64,000 bases of DNA from an uncultured Gammaproteobacteria bacterium (GCA_964427735.1 CAYRUS010000001.1:25856-89855); one strand, 5' to 3'; positions 9,547-19,191 are shown, numbered from the stretch's first letter. Program-made: numbers and translations. The notes: generated by a model from the letters alone, not told the origin.

Positions 9547-9632
9547 GGTGCCGAGGACAGGAATCGAACCTGCACGCTCTAATGAGCACAGGATCCTAAA
9601 TCCTGCGCGTCTGCCAGTTCCGCCACCTCGGC
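9547..9632 (-). tRNA. tRNA-Leu (anticodon TAG), type II with long variable arm, encoded CCA
   Basis: The reverse complement is GCCGAGGTGGCGGAACTGGCAGACGCGCAGGATTTAGGATCCTG...GGTTCGATTCCTGTCCTCGGCACCA. The acceptor stem has 7 bp. The anticodon loop is TTTAGGA. Confidence 0.8.
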
Positions 9633-9696
9633 ATATTAACTATATATATTTTACAGTTTATTGAGTTTAATATAAAGCTTAGTTTTATTTTTGAGC

Positions 9697-9733
9697 ACAA
9701 AAGAGCCCCCCGATAAACGGGGGGCAAAAAAAA
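9697..9733 (-). terminator. Intrinsic-terminator-like hairpin GCCCCCC-gataaac-GGGGGGC for the leftward methyltransferase transcript
   Basis: 7-bp GC stem at 9705-9725. On the minus transcript it is followed by UCUUUUG and preceded by U8. Confidence 0.5.
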
Positions 9734-9877
9734 TCCCGACGCTATGACTACAAAAAGTAGCCTGGCCTCAGAACCTATGCGTACTATAACACAAAGCTAT
9801 AAGGTTGTCAATACGTGCTCCATTAAGCTTGATCTATGTTCAGGTGTAGAATTTCTACAGGATTATTTATGTATTTT

Positions 9878-10627
9878 CTAATCACCCTTTTTCTTTGCTA
9901 GCACAAAAATAGAAGGACCAAATCTAAAGCTACCTAACGGTTTTTGGAGTTTTTGTTCGATAAACAAAAGAGTTTCTTTTGGAAGCAATGATTTTAACTT
10001 TTTACTTCTTACGTTTGAAACAGAAAAAATATTAAGTACTTCAAATCCATTATTCTCTAATTTATTAATAATATAATCTGGATGGTAATTAACAAAAGGA
10101 ATACTGTTTTTTTTCTTTTTGCTACTAATATCTTTAGGAGATATATCAGCAATAAAAACCAAATTGCCTTTCAAAAATTCAAATAAAGTGGCTTTAAAGT
10201 GCCTTTTATTTGCGAATTCAAGTATAAAATAGCCATCTTTTTTAAGTATTTTGTTTACTGTTTTAAATGCCATATCAGGATCTTTAATGTGATGCAGCAC
10301 TCTTACCATCATTGCAACATCTACAGCATTATTTACTTTTTTTTCTAAACCTTGGATTCCCGAGTGAATGTAGTCAATGTTTTTTGTAGTGAATTTAGAT
10401 TTTGCCTTTTTTAGCAAACTAGAAGATGGATCAGAAAGAATTACTTTTTTTGCTCTATAAAGATAAACATTAGTTAATCTTCCAAATCCTGCACCAATAT
10501 CTATAAATGTATTAATTTGGGGTATACGATCTAATATGCTTTTCAATACTACGACCTCGGATTCGTGTTCATATTCTCTCTCATCCCAGTAGGATGGATA
10601 ATCATAACCGTCATAATAAGCAGCCAT
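9878..10627 (-). CDS. Class I SAM-dependent methyltransferase
   Basis: Motif I DIGAGFGR. Later acidic/hydrophobic motifs consistent with a Rossmann-fold methyltransferase. Confidence 0.65.
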   Translation of the reverse strand: MAAYYDGYDYPSYWDEREYEHESEVVVLKSILDRIPQINTFIDIGAGFGRLTNVYLYRAKKVILSDPSSSLLKKAKSKFTTKNIDYIHSGIQGLEKKVNNAVDVAMMVRVLHHIKDPDMAFKTVNKILKKDGYFILEFANKRHFKATLFEFLKGNLVFIADISPKDISSKKKKNSIPFVNYHPDYIINKLENNGFEVLNIFSVSNVRSKKLKSLLPKETLLFIEQKLQKPLGSFRFGPSIFVLAKKKGD

Positions 10628-10708
10628 ATTTACAAATTTGAATTATACATACATTATCAATTAAAAAAAACTTAACCTAAATACATACGAAGCTAATTTC
10701 TAGATAGT

Positions 10709-11365
10709 TTACTGCATCTCTTGCATAAACGTTCTTACTCCTTGTGCCCAAGTTCCTGGTGATAAAGGTGTATATTTAAGCATGATTTCATCTACTGTTA
10801 AATATCCTTTATCCAGATATTCACTTCGGAGTCCTTGGGAAACAGTAACTATCGCTTCTTCATAACTTGAAAAGCCCAGCGTACCTCTGCTGTGTATACC
10901 CCATCCCCAACAATTATGAGTTCCCGGAGGTATTCTTTTGCACAAATTTGATTCTTGCTGAGCTATAGCTGTAATTAGTCTAAAATCTAAACCGTATTTA
11001 TCAGCTGTTTCTACAATAAATTCAGCTTTATCTGCAATTGGGGAATTATATTTTTCCAAGTATTTGCGAATTATTTCTGGTCTGGCATCCTCTGTTTGTA
11101 TAGAAGATTCTATTTTTGGAGCACTTGCAGGCAATGATGCAAATAATTGAACTCCGGATTTTCTCATTTCAACATTGTTTTGTGTTTCTGTAATTATTTT
11201 ATCTTTTTCTTTTGAATCTGTTAGAAGTATTAAAGATATTAGTGAAATTCCTAAAACCAATGGAGTTACTGAAAAAAAGAATAAAAATAGAACAAATTTT
11301 TTGGTAAAAAAACCATTGTTAATAGTATACGCTCTTAATTGACCTTGGGTAGTTGAAGGTTCCAT
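10709..11365 (-). CDS. Membrane-anchored putative peptidoglycan hydrolase (lytic transglycosylase/glucosaminidase-like)
   Basis: N-terminal TM segment. The C-terminal AIAQQESNLCKR...CWGWGI resembles an SLT-type ES catalytic motif. The family call is tentative. Confidence 0.4.
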   Translation of the reverse strand: MEPSTTQGQLRAYTINNGFFTKKFVLFLFFFSVTPLVLGISLISLILLTDSKEKDKIITETQNNVEMRKSGVQLFASLPASAPKIESSIQTEDARPEIIRKYLEKYNSPIADKAEFIVETADKYGLDFRLITAIAQQESNLCKRIPPGTHNCWGWGIHSRGTLGFSSYEEAIVTVSQGLRSEYLDKGYLTVDEIMLKYTPLSPGTWAQGVRTFMQEMQ

Positions 11366-11445
11366 ATATTGTCTTATTCAAGCATTGCATAGCATTCACT
11401 TATGTGTCAAGTAAAGTGTTTATTCTTCTATCAGTATATAAACTC

Positions 11446-11454
11446 TGATATAAT
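11446..11454 (+). promoter_or_regulatory. Extended -10 TGATATAAT for the tRNA-Leu/Leu/Val operon
   Basis: Perfect TGnTATAAT, 15 nt upstream of the first tRNA. Confidence 0.4.
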
Positions 11455-11469
11455 AGTGAAGCCTAATAA

Positions 11470-11555
11470 GCCCTTGTGGCGGAACTGGCAGACGCGCAGC
11501 GTTCAGGACGCTGTCTCCTTTACGGGAGGTAGAGGTTCGAATCCTCTCAAGGGCA
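11470..11555 (+). tRNA. tRNA-Leu (anticodon CAG), type II
   Basis: GCCCTTGTGGCGGAACTGGCAGACGCGCAGCGTTCAGGACGCTG...GGTTCGAATCCTCTCAAGGGCA. Anticodon loop TTCAGGA. Confidence 0.85.
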
Positions 11556-11592
11556 CTATTTGCTCTTAATCACAAGGGTTATGTGAGTTAAC

Positions 11593-11677
11593 GCCGAGGT
11601 GCTGGAACTGGTAGACAGGCTACGTTGAGGACGTAGTGTTCGTTTAGGACGTGCAGGTTCGAGTCCTGTCCTCGGCA
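11593..11677 (+). tRNA. tRNA-Leu (anticodon GAG), type II
   Basis: GCCGAGGTGCTGGAACTGGTAGACAGGCTACGTTGAGGACGTAG...GGTTCGAGTCCTGTCCTCGGCA. Confidence 0.8.
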
Positions 11678-11702
11678 CATATATTTGATATAATACGTGT
11701 GC

Positions 11703-11776
11703 GAGCTCGTAGCTCAGTTGGCTAGAGCGTTCGGCTTACATCCGAAAGGTCACAGGTTCGAGTCCTGTCGAGCTCA
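11703..11776 (+). tRNA. tRNA-Val (anticodon TAC)
   Basis: GAGCTCGTAGCTCAGTTGGCTAGAGCGTTCGGCTTACATCCGAAAGGTCACAGGTTCGAGTCCTGTCGAGCTCA. Confidence 0.85.
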
Positions 11777-11797
11777 CTCAAAAGACGTTTAAAGTGA

Positions 11798-12604
11798 ATG
11801 ATAGAAATTAAAAATGTTCATACTGAATTATTAATTAAGGAACTCAAACGTAGAAATTTAACTCAAGAAGATATTCTAGAACTTCAATCACTACTATCTC
11901 CTACATCCTCTCAAAATGCTATTCGTGAAAAATCTCAGATTAATGATATTAGTGATGTCGAAACGCTAGCTAGATCAGCCATACGAAAATCGTTTTTTGG
12001 AAAACTACCTATTGGAGCTCATATATTAGGGAAAGAAGTTGATAAAAATACTGCAGGAGGATTTTTTAATCATGGTCCAGATGAGATATCTATTTCACTT
12101 AATGGTAGAGGAGCTTTTGGTGTTCATGATGCCATATACAGGTTTCAGGACAAACTTGAGAAGAGAATGAGGTATCAAATGTTAAGCATAATTCCATCCG
12201 CAACAAACGAGCAAAATATTATTCTGACTATTCATTTTTTTCAAGATTATAAGCAAGTCGATAGTAGAAAAGCATATACTGCCGCACATGTTTGTGCAGA
12301 ATTTACAAAGTCTGACTTAGAAGATGTTCTTGCACACATCTTAATAAACCCGAATAGCCTTGAAGATTTATATCAAGGACTATTTCCAAATTTAGATGAA
12401 ACTCCTACTAACTCAGGTGTGCGGAGAGTTAAGACTTATGGATTTTATCTACTACAAGGTGAGTTACTAAAAAGAACTAAAGACATAGAAAGATATGACC
12501 TAAGGACAGTTAACGCTCTTCTTGATAAAGTACAAACCTACCGGTACTCTAATGGGCCATATGGAAATGGTGAAGAATTTCTTCCTCTAAAATTGAGAAA
12601 ATAA
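11798..12604 (+). CDS. Hypothetical protein (first gene of a tRNA-flanked island)
   Basis: 268-aa ORF that starts 22 nt after tRNA-Val. No family recognised. Confidence 0.4.
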   Translation: MIEIKNVHTELLIKELKRRNLTQEDILELQSLLSPTSSQNAIREKSQINDISDVETLARSAIRKSFFGKLPIGAHILGKEVDKNTAGGFFNHGPDEISISLNGRGAFGVHDAIYRFQDKLEKRMRYQMLSIIPSATNEQNIILTIHFFQDYKQVDSRKAYTAAHVCAEFTKSDLEDVLAHILINPNSLEDLYQGLFPNLDETPTNSGVRRVKTYGFYLLQGELLKRTKDIERYDLRTVNALLDKVQTYRYSNGPYGNGEEFLPLKLRK

Positions 12605-12679
12605 AATTATGTTTTTATCAATTAATACAGATTTTAAAGTTGAAATCATTTCTAAATTATTAAACCTATAGGTTGTGTA

Positions 12680-13580
12680 TTGTGGTATAATAAGTGTATG
12701 GAAGGCAAAGCAAGTCTAGAGTATGAGTGGAGCTATACGAGTAAAGAGATAGTTTCACCTGAGGAGTTTCTACGAAGAATTAACACTAAACTCAGCCAAA
12801 AAAAAATACTTTCTGTTGGAGAACACCACGATCTAAACAAAGATAATAGTTATGGCTGGATTAATGATTTCGCTGGAGAAATTTTGTTTGCATACAAATG
12901 GTATCAAGCAGGGAAAGCTACAGGTAAGGAAACTCCACCACTTGTTGAATTGCTAGGCTCAAGATCTGATCGGTTAGAGAAACTAATAAACGATAAACCT
13001 TCTATTGTAGAGTTACAACAAATGCATGTTAGCAGGCTTTTTGCCCTAGGAATATTACCAGTTGCACGAGCAGTTGGATATACAGACATAGTTTTAGAAG
13101 GATTTGATGAAAAAAAATCCTGGAAAAACAATTGGAAGATCCACTGACAGAACAGGAGACTTATTAAAAATGGTCTCCTCGATGATGCTAGGTATGAGGA
13201 TTCATGGTGCTTGGCCTGATAGCAGTATGCACTCCCCTAAAGATACTGGTGACTCGTTATTAAAAAAAATCAAAGATGTAAAAACCAAAAACCCGACTGC
13301 TAGAATTATTGTTTACAATGGAGCCATTCATAATATGACAGAAGCATTTAAATCGGGATCTGTTGTTAGTTCTGACTTACGCCGGTTAGATGCAAGTGAG
13401 TGGACATATGCCCCAAGAGCAATAGAAATGTGGGGTAACAGATATGGAGCTATTGATCTATTAAACGGTAACAGCCCTCTCCCAGAAAGTCATTACAAGT
13501 ATATGCAAAAAGATGCTCTATCTAATGCAATTACTTGCTACACACACGGAATTGATCAGCAATCTTATGTGTTTAAATAG
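12680..13580 (+). pseudogene. GExH-motif protein (ChaN/Tiki/TraB-superfamily-like, tentative) split by a -1 frameshift at an A8 run
   Basis: ORFs 12680..13147 and 13104..13580 overlap in different frames. Removing one A from A8 (13110-13117) fuses ...EGFDEKK to NPGKTIGRSTDRTGDLLK... The motifs are SVGEHHD and NGAIHNM. Confidence 0.35.
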
Positions 13581-14037
13581 TAAGTTAGTCAGTTAAAAAA
13601 CTTAAGACAATAAATCCATCAAAATGTAGCTTACATATTACTTTTAAACAAGAAATTATTATAGTAAGAACAAGAATTTACTTTATTAAAAAATATACTT
13701 TTTGCGAATAATTGCTATCGTATTTAGATCTTAGCTGATACTCCGGGTAATATAATTCAAGGAATTTAGCAATTGTGTTTTTAATCTTAAACCGATTGGC
13801 ATATCTATTGCTTTGTTTATTTTATATCCACAAAGCATATCCAGTTCAGAAGCAAATATTCCAATTTTGTTTTTTGAATAAGCATCAACTAAGGCTTTGA
13901 ATACAAACCAAGTCCTTACTCCAGAAGAACCATCATAAGCATAAATTTCAGGCGTGAGATTAGTGATACTAAGTCACTTTTCTCCTTACCCTGCGGAAGA
14001 AAAACCATTTGGTAACTTGTTAAAATATTGTAAGTTT

Positions 14038-14493
14038 CTATATCGTATCTGTCTGGTAAATTAGGTCTTTCCCACGGAAAAAAAAGAGTATTTTTTGGTA
14101 TAGGAACAGGACGTACATTAACTGCAATTTAATATGCTTTGGCTGGTAAGAATGGAATTCATAGAGAAATCTGTAATAATATATTTCTCCAAATTCCCTC
14201 TGATCAGCGATTTCCTGCCTTATTCTATGGATATTCACATATATGTAGCTTTCGACATCTGAATAGGAATATTCGCCAAATATTTTACTTACATCAACAA
14301 AAAATCCTCTATACTCTTTCAACTTTTCAAAAAATATCTGGTGTGCTTTTAGGTCGGGTTCATTTTGATTTTGCAAATTATCGGATTTTTGTATATATCT
14401 TTCGGTTGGCATATTAATGTGTATTTGAGCATTGTTGTGTAATATTGATAAACATTGTTTAAGCTTGAGATATTTTGTATAATTCATATACAA
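14038..14493 (-). CDS. Hypothetical protein (island gene, possibly decayed)
   Basis: 151-aa ORF. Downstream of it at 13744-13990, other frames carry stop-bounded coding-like fragments. Confidence 0.3.
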   Translation of the reverse strand: MYMNYTKYLKLKQCLSILHNNAQIHINMPTERYIQKSDNLQNQNEPDLKAHQIFFEKLKEYRGFFVDVSKIFGEYSYSDVESYIYVNIHRIRQEIADQREFGEIYYYRFLYEFHSYQPKHIKLQLMYVLFLYQKILFFFRGKDLIYQTDTI

Positions 14494-14571
14494 GCTGAGA
14501 TAGCCAAGGTGGTCACGGCGGGCGCCTGAAGAGCGTCAGATGTGTGTTCGACTCACACTCTCAGCACAAGT

Positions 14572-14646
14572 GCGGGAGTAGCTCAGTGGTAGAGTGTCTC
14601 GTTGCCAACGAGAAGGTCGCGGGTTCGAATCCCGTCTCCCGCTCCA
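14572..14646 (+). tRNA. tRNA-Gly (anticodon GCC), encoded CCA
   Basis: GCGGGAGTAGCTCAGTGGTAGAGTGTCTCGTTGCCAACGAGAAGGTCGCGGGTTCGAATCCCGTCTCCCGCTCCA. Discriminator U. Confidence 0.85.
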
Positions 14647-14711
14647 ATATACTGCTCTTCATAAAGCTATTTCCGCTAATCAAGATATTAAATTACAAAA
14701 GTTATCAAAAC

Positions 14712-14960
14712 ATGTCTAAAAAATCCCCCACTATTATATCCGAAGAACAAAGGAAAAAAGCTATCGAAGAGATAATAAATTTTTTTAGCACAGAAAGAAG
14801 TGAAGAGATTGGGGTTATTGCTGCTGAAGATATTTTGGATATGATTTTGAATTTAATAGGAGCAGATATCTATAACAAAGGAGTTGATGATACGATGGAA
14901 TATATTAAAGAAAGAATTGATGAGATTAATATAGATTTAGAATCAACAATAAAAAAATAA
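14712..14960 (+). CDS. DUF2164-like small protein
   Basis: The ORF-track ORF 14544..14960 begins inside tRNA-Gly. The true start is likely ATG 14712 (MSKKSPTII...IINFFSTERSEEIGVIAAEDILD). Confidence 0.45.
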   Translation: MSKKSPTIISEEQRKKAIEEIINFFSTERSEEIGVIAAEDILDMILNLIGADIYNKGVDDTMEYIKERIDEINIDLESTIKK

Positions 14961-15103
14961 GTCCAAATACTCCTAAGAGTTGGGGTGTATAACACGTTTC
15001 CATTTACTGAATTTCCTAAGAACTGGCACAACAATTACGTCTTTCAATGATTATTACCTTAATTTTTTGAAATTCTTACTAAATAAAATTTATAATAAAT
15101 TTT

Positions 15104-15619
15104 ATGAAAGAAGAACATTATATTAGTTTTTCAGAAGCGAAAAATTTTGAAAAATTAGTTAAATATGCAGAAGGATTAGCAGAACACAGACAATATGAAA
15201 AAGTTTTGTTTGAAGTATTATCAGAACATCTAACAGACACAGGCTGGACAGAAAATACAGATTACATTTATAAAAATCCTGAAACAATTTACCAAATAGA
15301 ACTTACTTGCAGAATGATAGAAGTCATTAGAAAAACAGTAAAAGAATTATTAAATAATACAAAACCAACAAATGGTTTTATTGGTTTTATAATTATTGAA
15401 AGCATAGTTTTACAAATTCAAAGATTAGGAATTCACTCTTCGAATGAAATCATAGATTCAGCACGAAAACTTATTAAAGAATCTTATGAATTAGGCGCCT
15501 CAGAAAAATTATCAATATCAACCTCTCCGCTAGATATTTTAGAGCAAACAGAAATTTTAGTAAAAAACGCACAATTCGGTGAGGATAATTTTGAATACGC
15601 TATTGAACAAACTACCTAA
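15104..15619 (+). CDS. Hypothetical protein
   Basis: 171-aa ORF. No family recognised. Confidence 0.4.
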   Translation: MKEEHYISFSEAKNFEKLVKYAEGLAEHRQYEKVLFEVLSEHLTDTGWTENTDYIYKNPETIYQIELTCRMIEVIRKTVKELLNNTKPTNGFIGFIIIESIVLQIQRLGIHSSNEIIDSARKLIKESYELGASEKLSISTSPLDILEQTEILVKNAQFGEDNFEYAIEQTT

Positions 15620-15714
15620 GTTATTTAAAAGTTTTTTTTGAACTTTTTATAACTCTAATTATATCTTCTGAAACTACAAATATTTTGCGCTTGCTTCAAA
15701 ATTATGATTATTTT

Positions 15715-15723
15715 TGGTAAAAT
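15715..15723 (+). promoter_or_regulatory. Extended -10 TGGTAAAAT for tRNA-Arg
   Basis: TGnTAAAAT, 10 nt upstream of the tRNA 5' end. Confidence 0.3.
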
Positions 15724-15732
15724 ACTTGTATT

Positions 15733-15805
15733 GGCCCAGTAGCTCAATGGATAGAGCAATTCCCTTCTAAGGAAGAGGTTGCAGGTTCGACTCCTGCCTG
15801 GGTCA
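15733..15805 (+). tRNA. tRNA-Arg (anticodon TCT)
   Basis: GGCCCAGTAGCTCAATGGATAGAGCAATTCCCTTCTAAGGAAGAGGTTGCAGGTTCGACTCCTGCCTGGGTCA. Confidence 0.8.
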
Positions 15806-15887
15806 CAAATGTTTTTTTTATAACTCCTAAAATAAGTATATAGAGAATTTTCAATAATTATACTCTACTGGTAAAATCATACTTGAT

Positions 15888-17312
15888 ATGAAGGTTTTAC
15901 TAGGCATTATTATTGGATTAATTTTTAGCTTTTTAGTACCACAAAAAGCCTATGCGATTGTTGATCCACTTTCTGTTCCAAACAATAGACTTGGAATACA
16001 CATAACAAATGAGTCAGATATTGATGCAGCAGCCAATCTAGTTAATACAAACGGTGGAGACTGGGGATATGTAACTGTTGTAATAAGACAAGACGAAAAA
16101 GACACTAAAAGATGGCAAAAATTTTTTGACCAAATGAGGGAAAAACATTTAATACCAATAATAAGAGTTGCTACTAGAATGAATGACCAAGGTTATTGGG
16201 AAATTCCTTCAGAACATGATATAAAAAATTGGATTGTATTTTTTGAATCACTAAATTGGGTAGTAAAAAACAGATACATTGTAATTGGAAATGAGCCAAA
16301 TCACGCCAAAGAATGGGGAAATCAAATCGATCCCATTGGATATGCACGCTATCTCAAAAATTTTTCCACACAACTAAAAACTGCAGATTCTGACTATTTT
16401 GTATTACCTGCGGGGTTTGATGCGTCCGCTCCGGATTCAGATGAAACTATGAGCGAAGACAATTATCTGCGCAATATGCTAGCGGCAGAACCGGATTTGT
16501 TCGAGTACATTGATGGTTGGACATCACACTCCTATCCTAATCCAGGTTTTGCAGGGAACGTAAATGATACAGGCCGTGGTAGTATTCAAACATATAAATG
16601 GGAGCTGGATTTCTTAAGTGAGATTGGAGTAAATAAAAATTTGCCTGTATTTATCACTGAAACAGGTTGGATTCATGACTTAGATGGAAAAATTTTAGGA
16701 TTCAGTAGTGCTGATGATGTCGGAGATAAATTAATATATGCCTTCCAAAATGTTTGGAATGATGAAAAAGTAGTGGCTGTGACACCATTTTTGCTTAGTT
16801 ATTTTGACGAACCATTTAATATGTTCTCTTGGAAAAAACCCGATGGTGAATTTTATACTTTTTATTACGAACTTCAGAGAATTGCAAAAACTAAAGGCAA
16901 ACCAGAACAAGTTAGTAGCGCAACAATTCTAAAAAATACAATATCTTCCTATGGTTTAATAAATTCAGAATTTAGTGGCTTTATTTTCCTTGAAAATACA
17001 GGTCAATCCATCTGGACAAAAGATAATATCCGCCTGACAACTAGCGAAGATGAAGAATTAGATATGAATATTTATTTGGCAAAAAAAGTAGAGCCAGGAG
17101 AAAAAAGTGTATTGAGATTTACCGGTAAGGCTCCAGAATTTGAAGGTGAGTACAACACCAAAATTCAAGTTAAATACGATGATGAAGTTATAGTACCTGC
17201 ATTTCAGTTCACTGTCCGAACTTTTGAAGAACCAAATGCTTGGATAGACTTAATTAAAATTAAAAATAATATCTTAAGTTATCTGCTAATTAAACGTGAA
17301 CAAATCCTGTAA
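15888..17312 (+). CDS. Secreted glycoside hydrolase, GH5-like (clan GH-A)
   Basis: Signal peptide. NEPN acid/base motif (IGNEPNH). ITETGW nucleophile motif. Confidence 0.55.
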   Translation: MKVLLGIIIGLIFSFLVPQKAYAIVDPLSVPNNRLGIHITNESDIDAAANLVNTNGGDWGYVTVVIRQDEKDTKRWQKFFDQMREKHLIPIIRVATRMNDQGYWEIPSEHDIKNWIVFFESLNWVVKNRYIVIGNEPNHAKEWGNQIDPIGYARYLKNFSTQLKTADSDYFVLPAGFDASAPDSDETMSEDNYLRNMLAAEPDLFEYIDGWTSHSYPNPGFAGNVNDTGRGSIQTYKWELDFLSEIGVNKNLPVFITETGWIHDLDGKILGFSSADDVGDKLIYAFQNVWNDEKVVAVTPFLLSYFDEPFNMFSWKKPDGEFYTFYYELQRIAKTKGKPEQVSSATILKNTISSYGLINSEFSGFIFLENTGQSIWTKDNIRLTTSEDEELDMNIYLAKKVEPGEKSVLRFTGKAPEFEGEYNTKIQVKYDDEVIVPAFQFTVRTFEEPNAWIDLIKIKNNILSYLLIKREQIL

Positions 17313-17423
17313 GATGAGTTTATTCTTCATTTATAAGTAATTTTTGTTATAATAAATAGGCTTGAGCAGGTAGTTCGAATGGTAGCCTTGCTTATCATTG
17401 GTAGGACAATCGAGAGTATTTTA

Positions 17424-17495
17424 GCGTCCATAGCTCAACGGCAGAGCAACCGGCTCTTAACCGGTAGGTTGAAGGTTCAAATCCTTCTGGACGCA
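17424..17495 (+). tRNA. tRNA-Lys (anticodon CTT)
   Basis: GCGTCCATAGCTCAACGGCAGAGCAACCGGCTCTTAACCGGTAGGTTGAAGGTTCAAATCCTTCTGGACGCA. Confidence 0.8.
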
Positions 17496-17567
17496 CAAGA
17501 ATATTTTTATATGCTGGTCGGTTGGAGTTTCGAGTCCTTCCTGAAACACACCTAGTTTAAATTTATT

Positions 17568-18746
17568 TTAGATATTCCCGGTTTTTAAGTCATTCACTAA
17601 TCTTCTAGTAGAAGGACTTTCGAACTCATCTAATAGCGAAATATTTTCTGTTAAGCTAGATTCTGAAGGATCATCTGATTTGTTTTTTGGATCATGAACT
17701 TCATAAATTTGAATCGTCGTAAAGTTATTCATAATTGTCCCAACAAATTCATTTTTGTCTATCTCAAAACTTTCGGCAGTAAGACTAGCTAACTTTTTCA
17801 ACTCGTTAAGTAACTTTCTTATACTTTCTAGTCGCTTTGCCTCACTACTCAGGTATTCGTTTGCTCGATTTAAGTGAGCAGCACCCATAATCACTGCACT
17901 TGTAGCATTGTTAGGTAAGTCTAGAAACTCCACAGTTTCAAAAGCTCTCTGAATCACTGCGGCAGTACGTCCGTCCACTAACGATTCCTGGTATAAATCG
18001 AGTGTGGCTATTCTATTGTGTAAATTAACCAGACGTTCTTTTGTATCGGTATCAATTGTAAAAGAAGCAGATGATTCCAAAGCCCGTTTCATTGTTTTTG
18101 GAGAAGCAGAGGTTACACCGTCAACTACAGTAAATGCAGCTATGTACTTGAGGAATTCTCTTCTTGTCGGCCTTTTATCTTTTGAATTGCCATCGGTATT
18201 TTTTTCTTTATTCTTTTGCTTACTGTTTATAAAATGAGCTAAAGAAATCATTGAACCTAACATCAATATCATAACAGGTTTGGTATCACTTTCTCGGTAT
18301 TTATCAAATATTCTGTTTTCAAAATCTAATAACTGTGCAAACAAATTTGGATCATGGATACTTGCAGCAAAGTCAATACTAAAATCTACTACTGGTAACA
18401 ACAGAGAATCATTTGGATTTATACTGTTAGGATTTGTAGGTAATAGTTCCCAAACACGCCTGTTATAATCAGTTCGAGTTCTAGAATAATCTGAATTATA
18501 AGACAAACTGTCAATTCCAAGTACTTTAACCCCACTTCTACTCATTCTAAAACCTACCTCTTGATTCCAACGGTGAGTGTTATACCAATCTTTGTTCCAT
18601 CTTAAATCAAAATACCTGATGTCTGCTAAGCTATCTAGCTTAATATGTTTTCCGGGTTCGAAAATTAAGTTATGTTGACTATACTTATTCTCCTTGTTAT
18701 TTCCTAGTTCTTTTCTTGAAACTTTTCCTATACTTTCCACTGACAT
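17568..18746 (-). CDS. Hypothetical protein (distal gene of the DRG-CHAT operon); carries an internal twin-arginine-like TRREFLK motif
   Basis: 392-aa ORF with no recognised family. Motif at residues 194-200 (18147-18167). Confidence 0.45.
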   Translation of the reverse strand: MSVESIGKVSRKELGNNKENKYSQHNLIFEPGKHIKLDSLADIRYFDLRWNKDWYNTHRWNQEVGFRMSRSGVKVLGIDSLSYNSDYSRTRTDYNRRVWELLPTNPNSINPNDSLLLPVVDFSIDFAASIHDPNLFAQLLDFENRIFDKYRESDTKPVMILMLGSMISLAHFINSKQKNKEKNTDGNSKDKRPTRREFLKYIAAFTVVDGVTSASPKTMKRALESSASFTIDTDTKERLVNLHNRIATLDLYQESLVDGRTAAVIQRAFETVEFLDLPNNATSAVIMGAAHLNRANEYLSSEAKRLESIRKLLNELKKLASLTAESFEIDKNEFVGTIMNNFTTIQIYEVHDPKNKSDDPSESSLTENISLLDEFESPSTRRLVNDLKTGNI

Positions 18747-18797
18747 ATTCTTTTAAGTTACCAAATAATAATTTTATCCCTTTCCTGAACACTAGAT

Positions 18798-19160
18798 TTA
18801 GTCTACTATACGCGGGAATTTCTCATCATATTCCAAACTTACTCTTTTGTCTCCTCTTAAACCCAGAATGTCTACAATTCTAGGAACCCTTATAGCCGTG
18901 GTTGTAACATGATGGAGCTGATCTAACTCGGCTGCATTGTATCGCTGGCCACCCCAATATATCCCAACAAGCTCTTTATTACCAGTAATTTTTTCCAGAT
19001 TAATAAAAACATCTTTTTTCTTCATTAGTATTGGTACTTCTGTCCCTTCGAACGACAGCCTATAATAACCATTGTTAACACGCTCAATACTAACTTTTAA
19101 CAAATCGTCCTCATGATCTCCAGTTATTGGGTATTCTCTCTCTATCCTAAAAAATGGCAT
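18798..19160 (-). CDS. Hypothetical protein (DRG-CHAT operon)
   Basis: 120-aa ORF, 31 nt downstream of the CHAT gene. Confidence 0.4.
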   Translation of the reverse strand: MPFFRIEREYPITGDHEDDLLKVSIERVNNGYYRLSFEGTEVPILMKKKDVFINLEKITGNKELVGIYWGGQRYNAAELDQLHHVTTTAIRVPRIVDILGLRGDKRVSLEYDEKFPRIVD

Positions 19161-19191
19161 ATTAAATAAATCTAACTTTCGATTTCACAAA

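Noticed and set aside
14541-14557. GTGTG-ttcgact-CACAC hairpin immediately 5' of tRNA-Gly
   Set aside because: The 5-bp stem has no U-tract. It could be a processing signal but is too weak to call.
14544-14711. 5' extension of ORF 14544..14960
   Set aside because: The extension runs through tRNA-Gly(GCC). The real start is the downstream ATG at 14712.
17351-17423. tRNA-like string (TAGTTCGAATGGTAG) upstream of tRNA-Lys
   Set aside because: I cannot fold it into a cloverleaf with a 7-bp acceptor stem. It is probably just the leader of the tRNA transcript.
17496-17567. T-loop-like GTTTCGAGTCC after tRNA-Lys
   Set aside because: It has no complementary T-stem or acceptor. It is not a tRNA and at most a remnant.
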